A DNA stretch of 64,000 nucleotides, from positions 35,738-99,737 of the forward strand of contig CADAXQ010000002.1 in NCBI GenBank assembly GCA_902791935.1, given 5' to 3'. A model generated the notes under the pieces. It was given only the letters and a program-made list of their open reading frames with translations, had not been told where the DNA came from and made no database searches. This document shows positions 48,193 through 56,819 of the stretch, piece by piece. This stretch comes from an uncultured Erysipelotrichaceae bacterium (GTDB taxonomy: Bacteria > Bacillota_I > Bacilli_A > RFN20 > CAG-826). How positions within the stretch are numbered: the stretch's first letter is position 1; each line of letters begins with the position of its first letter. Position numbers and translations under genes: made by a program.

Positions 48193-48220
48193 ATTGTAGT
48201 CAACGATTTAGCACTGTCAA
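48193..48220 (-). promoter_or_regulatory. SigmaA promoter of hsp20
   Basis: TTGACA (48220-48215), 16-bp spacer, TACAAT (48198-48193). Confidence 0.7.
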
Positions 48221-48234
48221 TAGTTGAGTGATAA
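48208..48234. promoter_or_regulatory. CIRCE element 2 overlapping the -35 box
   Basis: TTAGCACTG-N9-GAGTGATAA, 2 mismatches. Confidence 0.85.
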
Positions 48235-48271
48235 TATTTTTAAAAACATAAGTATCCATCGAATAAAAAAA

Positions 48272-48622
48272 TTAAAAATATTTTTGTTTTTCTCGAATTT
48301 GCATCATTTTTTCTGCAATTCTTTGCCGATAGATTTTGATATCGATCCAATAGATAGAATGAGGTGAATGTGTCACCAAGTAATGGCTAATGTCGCGATT
48401 TAAAAGATTGCAGATTGCTAAAGAACAATCCTCCGTCGACCGCTGATTCTCCTTATCCTCTAATAAATAATAGGAAAATACGTCTCTAATGGTTTGGCCT
48501 AATGCTTTGGCTTGATAAGTTCCATTCGCTTGGCTGAGACACAAATAAAATTTCTCCTGCAATAGGCGCGATAAGAATCCCAATAGCTCTGCCTTCGCTT
48601 CTTCTTGGCTCCCATGGTTCAT
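48272..48622 (-). CDS. Hypothetical protein (116 aa)
   Basis: ORF filling the gap between ybaK and hsp20, with SD AGGAGG before ATG 48622. No recognised family. Confidence 0.5.
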   Translation of the reverse strand: MNHGSQEEAKAELLGFLSRLLQEKFYLCLSQANGTYQAKALGQTIRDVFSYYLLEDKENQRSTEDCSLAICNLLNRDISHYLVTHSPHSIYWIDIKIYRQRIAEKMMQIREKQKYF

Positions 48623-48623
48623 G

Positions 48624-48656
48624 AAAAAAAGCCCTCCTACTTTTGAATAGGAAGGC
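48624..48656 (-). terminator. Terminator-like hairpin after ybaK
   Basis: GCCTTCCTA...TAGGAGGGC followed by T7. Confidence 0.7.
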
Positions 48657-48677
48657 AAAACAGGAACAGGACAAAAA

Positions 48678-49151
48678 TTATTCCATTAAATCAACAAAGG
48701 TGCCGTGCGTGTAACGTTGTAAGTCAAGTGGGGATAAGCCAATTTGGAAACCACGCTTTCCACCAGAAATGTAAATCTTGTCAAATAGTTGCGCAGTTTC
48801 GTCAATGAAAACGGGGAATTGCTTCTTGAGTCCGATGGGGGAACAGCCACCATGGACATAACCAGTCAATGGCAAGAGTTCCTTCTGCGGAATCATGGCG
48901 ATTGACTTCGCATGTGCCGCCTTGGCCGCTTTCTTTAAATTCAAGGTAGCATTCACAGGAACCTCGAACACAAAATGTTCTTTCTTCTCGTTTTGGCAGA
49001 CAAGGCTCTTAAACACACAAGACGGATCTTCGCCTAAAGCGCCTGCAACGCCTTCGCCATCCACAATTTCTTCCGAATACGTATGTTCGGTATAAGGAAT
49101 GTTTGCTTCCTCTAATAAACGCATGACGTTCGTTTTAACGATCTTTGCCAT
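48678..49151 (-). CDS. ybaK: Cys-tRNA(Pro) deacylase
   Basis: KTNVMRLL, VFKSLV, LNLKKAA, TGYVHGGCSP, SGGKRG. Confidence 0.95.
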   Translation of the reverse strand: MAKIVKTNVMRLLEEANIPYTEHTYSEEIVDGEGVAGALGEDPSCVFKSLVCQNEKKEHFVFEVPVNATLNLKKAAKAAHAKSIAMIPQKELLPLTGYVHGGCSPIGLKKQFPVFIDETAQLFDKIYISGGKRGFQIGLSPLDLQRYTHGTFVDLME

Positions 49152-50085
49152 TTTCTTCTCCCTTGTCTTCTTGTGCTTTTGCTTCTTGAGAACTTAACCG
49201 GTCTAAATAATGCTTTCGTGCCGTAGTCCAAGTAAACGCCGAAATAAAGCATAACGTCACTGACATCACTATCAATAAGGCTGTGGTCACAATGTAAGAC
49301 ACCGCCAAAAAGATGGCTTTCACGAATCCTGTTTTCAAAACGCCTAAAGCGTCTTCGGCCTGTACCTTTGAAGGCAACGTCTTAAAACCCGCTTTCATGA
49401 CGGCATAGAAGGCATCAGAAATCCAATCGGATTTAAGTAACAACGTATACAAGTAAGAAAAGACGAGATAGGCCAGTAAGAAAGAGCACCCTGCAACCAA
49501 ATAAGACCAGAAAGTGCGATCAAACCAAAAGAAAGCGAAAACCGCAAATCCCAAGGCAACAATCCAAGTGATTAATGCCGCGATGATGCTTGTCGTCGTT
49601 GCCTTTCTTAGGCGTTTTTCCATTTTCTCTACGTGGTGTTCTGCGTGAACCGTCTTTAACGAAAGAATCTCGCGGCAACAATCCGCACAAAAATAATCAT
49701 AACCAAGCTGCTTGTCAGGCTCATATTCATAGATGGTCCGCGTTTTATGGTGCTTTACGATAGTCGACACTTTTCCCATTCCATAGGCATCAAAGGAATA
49801 AATGGATTTCCCACATCGGGCACACGTTCCGATGAATTTGCCTCGATTTTGTGTCGTTTCCGTGATGGCCGTTTTCTCTTTGCTTTCTTCAGGATGAAAG
49901 AAAGACGAAGGCACGTTAAAAAGCTGGGCCAATTTGTTTTGGCATTCAGGAGAAGGGATACGGGCGTCTTTCTCCCAATCCCTCACTAAATCTGGCGACA
50001 CGGAAAGAAGCGAGCCCAGTTCTTCCTCGCTGAGCCCTTTTTTCTTTCGGTAAAAGGCAATATGTGCACCCAGGGAATTGTTCAT
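49135..50085 (-). CDS. XRE-family HTH protein with CxxC...CxxCC module and C-terminal TM helices
   Basis: IAFYRKKKGLSEEELGSLLSVS...WE...P, CARCGK, FCADCC, hydrophobic C-terminus. Confidence 0.8.
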   Translation of the reverse strand: MNNSLGAHIAFYRKKKGLSEEELGSLLSVSPDLVRDWEKDARIPSPECQNKLAQLFNVPSSFFHPEESKEKTAITETTQNRGKFIGTCARCGKSIYSFDAYGMGKVSTIVKHHKTRTIYEYEPDKQLGYDYFCADCCREILSLKTVHAEHHVEKMEKRLRKATTTSIIAALITWIVALGFAVFAFFWFDRTFWSYLVAGCSFLLAYLVFSYLYTLLLKSDWISDAFYAVMKAGFKTLPSKVQAEDALGVLKTGFVKAIFLAVSYIVTTALLIVMSVTLCFISAFTWTTARKHYLDRLSSQEAKAQEDKGEENGKDR

Positions 50086-50092
50086 AAGAAAG

Positions 50093-50115
50093 AAAAAGCC
50101 TCAATCGAGGCTTTC
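50093..50115 (-). terminator. Terminator-like hairpin after the 159-aa membrane protein gene
   Basis: AAAGCCTC-GATT-GAGGCTTTTT. Confidence 0.7.
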
Positions 50116-50143
50116 ATTATATAAGAGTTTTCTTCTTGAAGCG

Positions 50144-50623
50144 TTAGTTTTGCTTGGCCATGAGACCGCGCATTCCGACGAATAAATCGATGACGGCAGC
50201 AACAGCAGAAGCAATCCCGGACGCTAAATAACCCCAGCCTAACGAAGCAGTGGCATTCGGGATATTTTGAAGCCAGAAACCACCAGCGATGACACCGGCC
50301 AAGAAGAACAAGACGGCACAAACGGCACAAATCAAACCAGTCAAGAAATTTAAGAAAGCACCGAATTTGCTTCCAAAGAAACCAGTAATGGAACCAATGA
50401 TACCAAAGAAAGCGGCAATCAAGAGCAAGACAAACCAGGCGATCATGGCACCATGGGGGTCATTCAATTGCATGGCTTCATTGCCGAAGACCAAGTCATA
50501 ACCAATGATGGCATCACCCGTAGAGCTTTTCAGGCCAACGCCAAGCGGGAAGAGCAAAGCGGCTACAACGCCACAAAGCGCAAGCAAACTAAGCAAGCCC
50601 GGTAAAATAGATTTTTTCTTCAT
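50144..50623 (-). CDS. Hypothetical four-TM membrane protein
   Basis: Four hydrophobic segments, G(Y/F)DLVFG and LGWG motifs. SD GAGG and TTGAAG-17-TAAGAT upstream. Confidence 0.75.
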   Translation of the reverse strand: MKKKSILPGLLSLLALCGVVAALLFPLGVGLKSSTGDAIIGYDLVFGNEAMQLNDPHGAMIAWFVLLLIAAFFGIIGSITGFFGSKFGAFLNFLTGLICAVCAVLFFLAGVIAGGFWLQNIPNATASLGWGYLASGIASAVAAVIDLFVGMRGLMAKQN

Positions 50624-50960
50624 AACTCGTACCTCATTCGATGCGGAAACAGCATTATCTTACTCGTAAAGGTATTTTGCTTCAAGCAAGCATGAAGAAA
50701 TATCCATGCTGACATTTTTCCTTCCTCAACCAACCTTTAATATAAATAAGGATAGGCGTGCCCTAAAACACGGCACAGATTTTCTGTTCACGATTGTTCA
50801 TGATGCACAAGGAATGAAAATTCTTAATCCAATCTTGCGCTAATGTCGTTAAAATTACATTTAGTTACACTTTTTACGCCTAAAAAGAAAATAATCATTG
50901 AAATTTAAGGGTCGTGGTGTAATGTAACCTATGCCTTTTACTCAAAAAGGGGGAATTTTT

Positions 50961-52769
50961 ATGTTGAAAAAAACAAAGGTTGTAGCGCTTCTAAGCGCAT
51001 CGGCGCTTGGCCTCATGGTTGCTTCTTGCAACAACTCCGGCGTCACCGAAAACTCTTCTGAAGTTTCTTCTATTGTTGCCGCTTCTCGTATTCTTCATGA
51101 TCCTCTTCCGGATACTGAAGTGGGAATCGCCATCAACTTGGATGAATACATCACGGTCCAATACCGTGACAATTCGCGCTCTCACAATTTTGAAGTCACT
51201 TCTGCGAGTCAGAAAGTGACCATTGACGGTCACTTCATCAGTGCCTCGGAACCAGGCGTCTATTCGTTAACCATCACGGCTGGCACCTTAATCACTCGTT
51301 TGGACTTCAACGTGGTGACGGAAGAACAATTGGCGTTATCGGAATTCTTAGCGCCGCTTACGATTACCCCAAAGAACTATCGTATTTCGCTTGGTGAAAG
51401 CACGACGGAATACCTGTTCAGCTATGTCCATACGGAAAATTACGTCGCCATCTATTCGGAAGATGACCCGCTCAATTCTCCTTATGGCAACACCGTGCTT
51501 GCTAAATTATCGGATGGTCATGCCTATTGGGGCGGCATCGTCGATGATGGAAATGGCAACCCGAAAGCGTCATTCCGACCTGGTTATGCGAGCTATGATA
51601 ACTACTACATCACCATGGATATGTCCTTGGAAGCCTCTTCGTTCTCTTACCAAACCGTTGATGGCGCGCAGAAACTCGTCAGCGACACGACGTTTGAACA
51701 AAATCTCTTAAATTATGGCGCCAGCCAATTCCCGGAACGGAATGACTATAGCTACGCTGGAGCCATCTATCTCGGTCTCAAAGACACCGATCAAGATGGT
51801 GTTAAAGACACAGCGTTCTTCGATTGCCAAGTTTCTTCTTCTAGCGGAACTGGTACCTATGCCGTGCTTGGCCTTTCTCACATTGGTAACGCCAACGTGG
51901 CCTGGATGGATACGGCCGTCACCGACAGTTCCTATGTTCCAGCCGTCATTCACGCACCAGAAATCACCACAGCCTTTGCCGCGTTGGATCAAGGGCGAAA
52001 CTACACCGTTACGACCGAATTCTTCTCAGCAGACGAAGACGGCAACGAAGTGGTTCCTGCCAATGCAAAAGACGCTGCCTATATGATTTTTGGTTCTAAC
52101 CACATTAAGATCACCCAAACCTTCACGGATGCCGGTGTGATTGCGATTTGCCAAGAACAAACCACCTCGTTTGATTCTAGTGGAAAAGCTACTGTTTCTG
52201 ACTTTGCCTTAACGAGCGAATATGCAGTTTGGGATGATGATACAGCTACCTATCGCGCCACTTATGACTCCGGAACCCAAGCGATGAAAGAAGCGACAAA
52301 GGTGCAATCTGCCACTGGTACCGACTATCAAAACGTCTATGATTCTGGTGCTTTGAACTCCATCAGTGCTCGTGCTGTCACTTCGGCTGCCGTGGATTCC
52401 ACGGTTTGGACGAAGAAGACCACGAACGAAGACGGAACCGTCACCTATCAAGGTCAATGCGGTACCAACGACGGGGCGGACGAAGTCACTGACGCGCTCT
52501 TCCAACAACTCTACGATATGAACGGAATTCTTGCCGTCGGTACGAACTACTCTTCTGCTCAGGATTTCACTTCGGGCAAAGCGGCACTCATCTCGCAATC
52601 GAATTACGATGAATTCACCGTCAATCCAACCACCAACGAAGTCACCATCAAGGTGAATGCCTACATGCCGTTTAGTGATGTCGACAACAACTATGTCGCG
52701 ATGAATATCACGATCAATGCCGTCGGCACCACCACCAACGATTTCTCGTCGTTCGCCATCGCCGCCTAA
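50961..52769 (+). CDS. Acidic lipoprotein of unknown function (Ig-like N-terminal domain plus two repeated domains)
   Basis: Lipobox VASC, SD AGGGGG, host-like codon bias. Confidence 0.8.
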   Translation: MLKKTKVVALLSASALGLMVASCNNSGVTENSSEVSSIVAASRILHDPLPDTEVGIAINLDEYITVQYRDNSRSHNFEVTSASQKVTIDGHFISASEPGVYSLTITAGTLITRLDFNVVTEEQLALSEFLAPLTITPKNYRISLGESTTEYLFSYVHTENYVAIYSEDDPLNSPYGNTVLAKLSDGHAYWGGIVDDGNGNPKASFRPGYASYDNYYITMDMSLEASSFSYQTVDGAQKLVSDTTFEQNLLNYGASQFPERNDYSYAGAIYLGLKDTDQDGVKDTAFFDCQVSSSSGTGTYAVLGLSHIGNANVAWMDTAVTDSSYVPAVIHAPEITTAFAALDQGRNYTVTTEFFSADEDGNEVVPANAKDAAYMIFGSNHIKITQTFTDAGVIAICQEQTTSFDSSGKATVSDFALTSEYAVWDDDTATYRATYDSGTQAMKEATKVQSATGTDYQNVYDSGALNSISARAVTSAAVDSTVWTKKTTNEDGTVTYQGQCGTNDGADEVTDALFQQLYDMNGILAVGTNYSSAQDFTSGKAALISQSNYDEFTVNPTTNEVTIKVNAYMPFSDVDNNYVAMNITINAVGTTTNDFSSFAIAA

Positions 52770-52811
52770 GGAAAACCTTAGGTGGGGTGACGTGAGAAAT
52801 CACATCAACCA
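52764..52811 (+). other. Two stem-loops between the lipoprotein gene and oppA
   Basis: CCTAAGG-AAAA-CCTTAGG and TGACGTGA-GAAA-TCACATCA. No U-tract. Confidence 0.6.
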
Positions 52812-52838
52812 TCAAAATTACAGAAAAGGGGAAAAATC

Positions 52839-55586
52839 ATGAAAAAGAATGCATGGAAGTTTGGAATTGCTTCGGTTGGGGCTATCTTGGTCCTGGCCGG
52901 TTGCAAACCCACACAGTCAAGCGCAAATTACACCTACAACACGTCGCTTTCGTCTTCGCCATCGACCTGGAATGTCCATAACTGGCAAACCAGCGATGAA
53001 TCCTATATCAATAGCTTCACCGAAATCGGTCTTTATGACTGCATTTTAAACGAGACGAAGAACGGCTATACCTTCGTGCCAGAAATGGCCGCCGATATGC
53101 CAGTCAGCGTCGATCCTGGTGACATCACCGATGAAGAAATCGAACGTTACTACGCTGGATCGGGCAACGTGGTTACGGGCATGGTTTGGGATATTCCGTT
53201 AAACAAGAACGCGAAATGGGAAGACGGCGTTGCCATTAAGGCATCCGATTATGTCGACTCCATGGAATTGCAACTCAATTCGGAATACGCGAACTTCCGT
53301 GCCGACTCTTACTTCACGGGCAATTTCATCCTTGCCAATGCCGAAAACTATTACAAACAAGGCCGTTCGACCATCGAATCGCTCTACAAATATTTGGATG
53401 AATCGATTGGTGACGTCAAAAACTCCACCGGTGTCTATTACTTAAACATCGGGAAGGGCAGTGCTTATACCCAAGCGATTTCTAGCAGCGCTGACACGAC
53501 GCTCTACACGCTCTTGAATCAATTACCGGCCTCTGGCTCGGCAGCAAAATTAGCCGCGGACCGTATCATCACTGCTTATAGCTACTATCTCTGGAAATCG
53601 AGTGACCACACCACGAGCAAGAACTACACTTCTTGGTTAAACGTCAATGATAAAAATGACCCGACCCAAGTCGGTCAAACGCTCATTGAAGGTGACAATG
53701 TCGATATGGATATTGAAATCTTCAATAACGGTTTCAAGAATGCCGCTGGTGAAACCGATTATGTCAAGACCATCAAATCGAATAAAGAATCTTGGTCGGA
53801 TTCCAACAGCGAACGCTACACCCGTGACATGTTCGAAGCCGATATGAAGACATTCGTCGCCTCCGTTGACCGTGTGGCTCCCGCTTCCAAGTCTTGGGCT
53901 TGGAAATTACCGCTTTTCACCGCGGTCTTCACCTATGAAGGCGATCCTTTAAGCAAAGATGACCTTGGCATCAAAGCGATTGATGATTACACGCTTCGTA
54001 TCTACCTCGCGAAATCCATCACGCCATTGAACTTACGGTTCTCGTTAACGGGTAACTGGCTGGTTAACGTGGATTTGTACCGCAAATTGACGGTGACGCT
54101 CGCATCGGGCGCGAAAGCTACGACGTATGCCACCTCAAAAGTGGAAAACTACAGGTCCTATGGACCTTATAAACTCACTTATTTCGAAGCTGGAAAACAA
54201 TTCGAAATCAAGCGGAACGATCAATGGTATGGCTACAGCGATGGCAAACATGAAGGTCAATTCCAAATGGATGAGATCGTCACGAAAATCTATTCCGACC
54301 ACACCACGGCACTCCAAGAATTCATGGCTGGCCGTCTTGACGATATCGATTTGACGGTCTCCGATGTTCGTACGTATGGCGCTTCGAGCCGTTGCCAAAC
54401 GACCTATGAATCCTATACGCAAAAGATTTCGTTCAACTCTGACTACGCGAAGTTAAAGCAACTTCAAGGCGGTAAAGAAAACAAGACCATTCTCTCGAAT
54501 AAGAACTTCCGGAAAGGTCTCTCCTTATCGCTCAACCGTACGGAATTCGCTTCGCAAGCGACTTCTGGTTCGAAAGGCTTCACTGGCCTCTTAAATGACC
54601 TCTACTTAGCCAATAACGCAACGGGCGAATCCTATCGTGCCACAGCACAAGGCAAGAGCGTCTATGGCATGGTGTATGGTCACCTTGGCGGAAACACCAT
54701 CGATGAAGAAAATGGTGCCGCTTTGGCCGAATCACAAGTCGGTTACAACCGCGCGTTGGCCATTGAATACGTCACGCAAGGCATGAAAGAAGAACTTCAA
54801 TCGACCCGTGACGGCCACCTTGCTGCCGGCAACACCATCAGCATTGAATTCCGCGTGTATGATGATGCCTCGGAAAACACGATTGCCGCTTATAACTACA
54901 TCAACCGCACTTGGACCGCAATCATCCAAAGCGCCGTCCAAAAATTAAAGGATCAAAGGGTGTTTGGCGCCAATGACGACATCGGCTTCCAGCTCTCCAT
55001 GGCCAAAGATATGGACTACTACACCACTGCTAAGAACGGCGGCTACAACATCATCTTCTCCATTTGGGGCGGTGCTGCGGTCAATCCTTACGGCTTAATG
55101 CAAGTCTATTGCGATAACACGTTCGAATCGTGCTGCGAATATGGCTTCAAAGGCCATCAAGCCGAAACGATGCTTGGCATTGATGCGAATGGTGATGGCA
55201 CCATTGACACGACGAGCGAAGTGAAATCGTTCGATGCTTGGTATCGTGCCGTCGATAGCGGTGATGAATACAACGAAGCCAAATATGGCGACGAAGTTGC
55301 AACCACCGATCCGAACTACGAAGCTTGGTACGAAACGCACAACAAGAAGTTGAACGTCTTAGCGGGCTTGGAAGCCGGCATCTTGAACCGGTTCGAAGCG
55401 GTTCCGTTAGCCGCGCGTGGCACGAGTTCCTTACTCGGATTCAAAGTTGAAAACGCAACGAATACCTATGTATCCTTAGTGGGATATGGTGGCATCCGTT
55501 TCATGAAATTCAACTTCACGAACACGGCTTGGTCGGATTATTGCAAGCAAAACAATAACAACCTCAGCACGTTGTATCAGAACTAA
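52839..55586 (+). CDS. oppA: Oligopeptide ABC transporter binding lipoprotein (915 aa)
   Basis: Lipobox LAGC, PEMA, AKWEDG..I.ASDY, GIKAIDDYTL, SYGPYKL, NKNFRKGLSLSLNR. Confidence 0.88.
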   Translation: MKKNAWKFGIASVGAILVLAGCKPTQSSANYTYNTSLSSSPSTWNVHNWQTSDESYINSFTEIGLYDCILNETKNGYTFVPEMAADMPVSVDPGDITDEEIERYYAGSGNVVTGMVWDIPLNKNAKWEDGVAIKASDYVDSMELQLNSEYANFRADSYFTGNFILANAENYYKQGRSTIESLYKYLDESIGDVKNSTGVYYLNIGKGSAYTQAISSSADTTLYTLLNQLPASGSAAKLAADRIITAYSYYLWKSSDHTTSKNYTSWLNVNDKNDPTQVGQTLIEGDNVDMDIEIFNNGFKNAAGETDYVKTIKSNKESWSDSNSERYTRDMFEADMKTFVASVDRVAPASKSWAWKLPLFTAVFTYEGDPLSKDDLGIKAIDDYTLRIYLAKSITPLNLRFSLTGNWLVNVDLYRKLTVTLASGAKATTYATSKVENYRSYGPYKLTYFEAGKQFEIKRNDQWYGYSDGKHEGQFQMDEIVTKIYSDHTTALQEFMAGRLDDIDLTVSDVRTYGASSRCQTTYESYTQKISFNSDYAKLKQLQGGKENKTILSNKNFRKGLSLSLNRTEFASQATSGSKGFTGLLNDLYLANNATGESYRATAQGKSVYGMVYGHLGGNTIDEENGAALAESQVGYNRALAIEYVTQGMKEELQSTRDGHLAAGNTISIEFRVYDDASENTIAAYNYINRTWTAIIQSAVQKLKDQRVFGANDDIGFQLSMAKDMDYYTTAKNGGYNIIFSIWGGAAVNPYGLMQVYCDNTFESCCEYGFKGHQAETMLGIDANGDGTIDTTSEVKSFDAWYRAVDSGDEYNEAKYGDEVATTDPNYEAWYETHNKKLNVLAGLEAGILNRFEAVPLAARGTSSLLGFKVENATNTYVSLVGYGGIRFMKFNFTNTAWSDYCKQNNNNLSTLYQN

Positions 55587-55612
55587 TTCTTCGCTTATCT
55601 TCTCTGCATCCC

Positions 55613-55645
55613 AACTCTCATAGGGCCAATTCCCCTATGAGGGTT
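55613..55645 (+). other. Stem-loop after oppA
   Basis: AACTCTCATAGGG-7nt-CCCTATGAGGGTT. Confidence 0.7.
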
Positions 55646-55649
55646 ATTC

Positions 55650-56819
55650 ATGAAATCGGCATTAAAAATGGAATTAACAAATCAAAATCTGCAAGAAACA
55701 CCAAATCCAGAATCGCCGAATCCACGGAACACGTTTCGACGTGTGGTGGATTTCTGTAAAAAAGGCATCATTCGCGTCGGCAAAGCGATAGGCCACTTCT
55801 TCACCCGCAAAGACGTCAAGAGCACGCTTGCTTATATTGGCAAACGTTTAATCTTGATGGTTTTTACGTTTTTAGTCATCTTCTTCATTTGCTTTGTGCT
55901 CGTACGGCTATTACCGATTTCCGTCGATACTGGCATGAAAGACCAAGAAGTCTTCTATAAGCAAATGGTGGCGCAAGGCCGTTATGTCCAAAATGCGGAC
56001 GGATCGTACTCGCCGATGCCGATTATGCAACAGCTTGGCAACTTCATTGTGAACCTGTTCTCAGGCGGATCGAATCCTTGGGGCTTCTCCTATCATATCG
56101 AATGGTTGGCCTCCCCTGACCAGATTATGGCAAGACAACTCCCTCCGACCGTTTTAATTAACGTTTATTCCATGATTATCTCCATTCCGCTTGGTTTGGG
56201 GCTTGGCACATTCATGGCGTTAAAGAAAAATAAATGGGAAGACCATGTCTTAAACGTCTTGGTCATGCTCTTTATTTCTGTTCCTTCCTTCATTTACGCC
56301 TTCTTGCTTCAATATCTCTTTGGTTATGTGTGGAACGTGTTGCGTCCCACCGCCGAAAGCGCGAATGCAGTCGGCGGCTATTTCTCTGGCGCGTATTTCG
56401 CTTCCATTATCTTGCCGATTCTTTCGATGACGTTCGGTTCTATTGCTGGTTATGCCCGTTATACCCGTGCGGAATTAACCGAAGTCTTAACCTCGGATTT
56501 CATGTTATTGGCCCGCACGAAAGGCTTAACCCGTGCGCAAGCCACCGTTCGTCACGCCTTCCGGAACTCCATGGTTCCGATTTTCCCGATGATTTTAGGG
56601 GAGGTTATCTCTGTCTTATCGGGCTCCATGATCATTGAAAACATCTTCCAGGTCAACGGGGTTGGCGGTCTTTACTTGCAGTCGATTCAAACCCGTGACT
56701 TCGATGTCTTCCAATATGTCTCTATGTTCTACATCTTGATTGGCTTAGTCGGTACGTTGGTTGTCGATATCTCGTATGGATTGGTCGATCCACGCATTCG
56801 TATGGGGAGTAAAAAATAA
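55650..56819 (+). CDS. oppB: Oligopeptide ABC permease B
   Basis: KRLI, ISVPSF, ARYTRAEL.EVL.SDF..LARTKGL, HAFRNS, IENIF, VDPRIR. Start uncertain (55650 or 55668). Confidence 0.93.
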   Translation: MKSALKMELTNQNLQETPNPESPNPRNTFRRVVDFCKKGIIRVGKAIGHFFTRKDVKSTLAYIGKRLILMVFTFLVIFFICFVLVRLLPISVDTGMKDQEVFYKQMVAQGRYVQNADGSYSPMPIMQQLGNFIVNLFSGGSNPWGFSYHIEWLASPDQIMARQLPPTVLINVYSMIISIPLGLGLGTFMALKKNKWEDHVLNVLVMLFISVPSFIYAFLLQYLFGYVWNVLRPTAESANAVGGYFSGAYFASIILPILSMTFGSIAGYARYTRAELTEVLTSDFMLLARTKGLTRAQATVRHAFRNSMVPIFPMILGEVISVLSGSMIIENIFQVNGVGGLYLQSIQTRDFDVFQYVSMFYILIGLVGTLVVDISYGLVDPRIRMGSKK

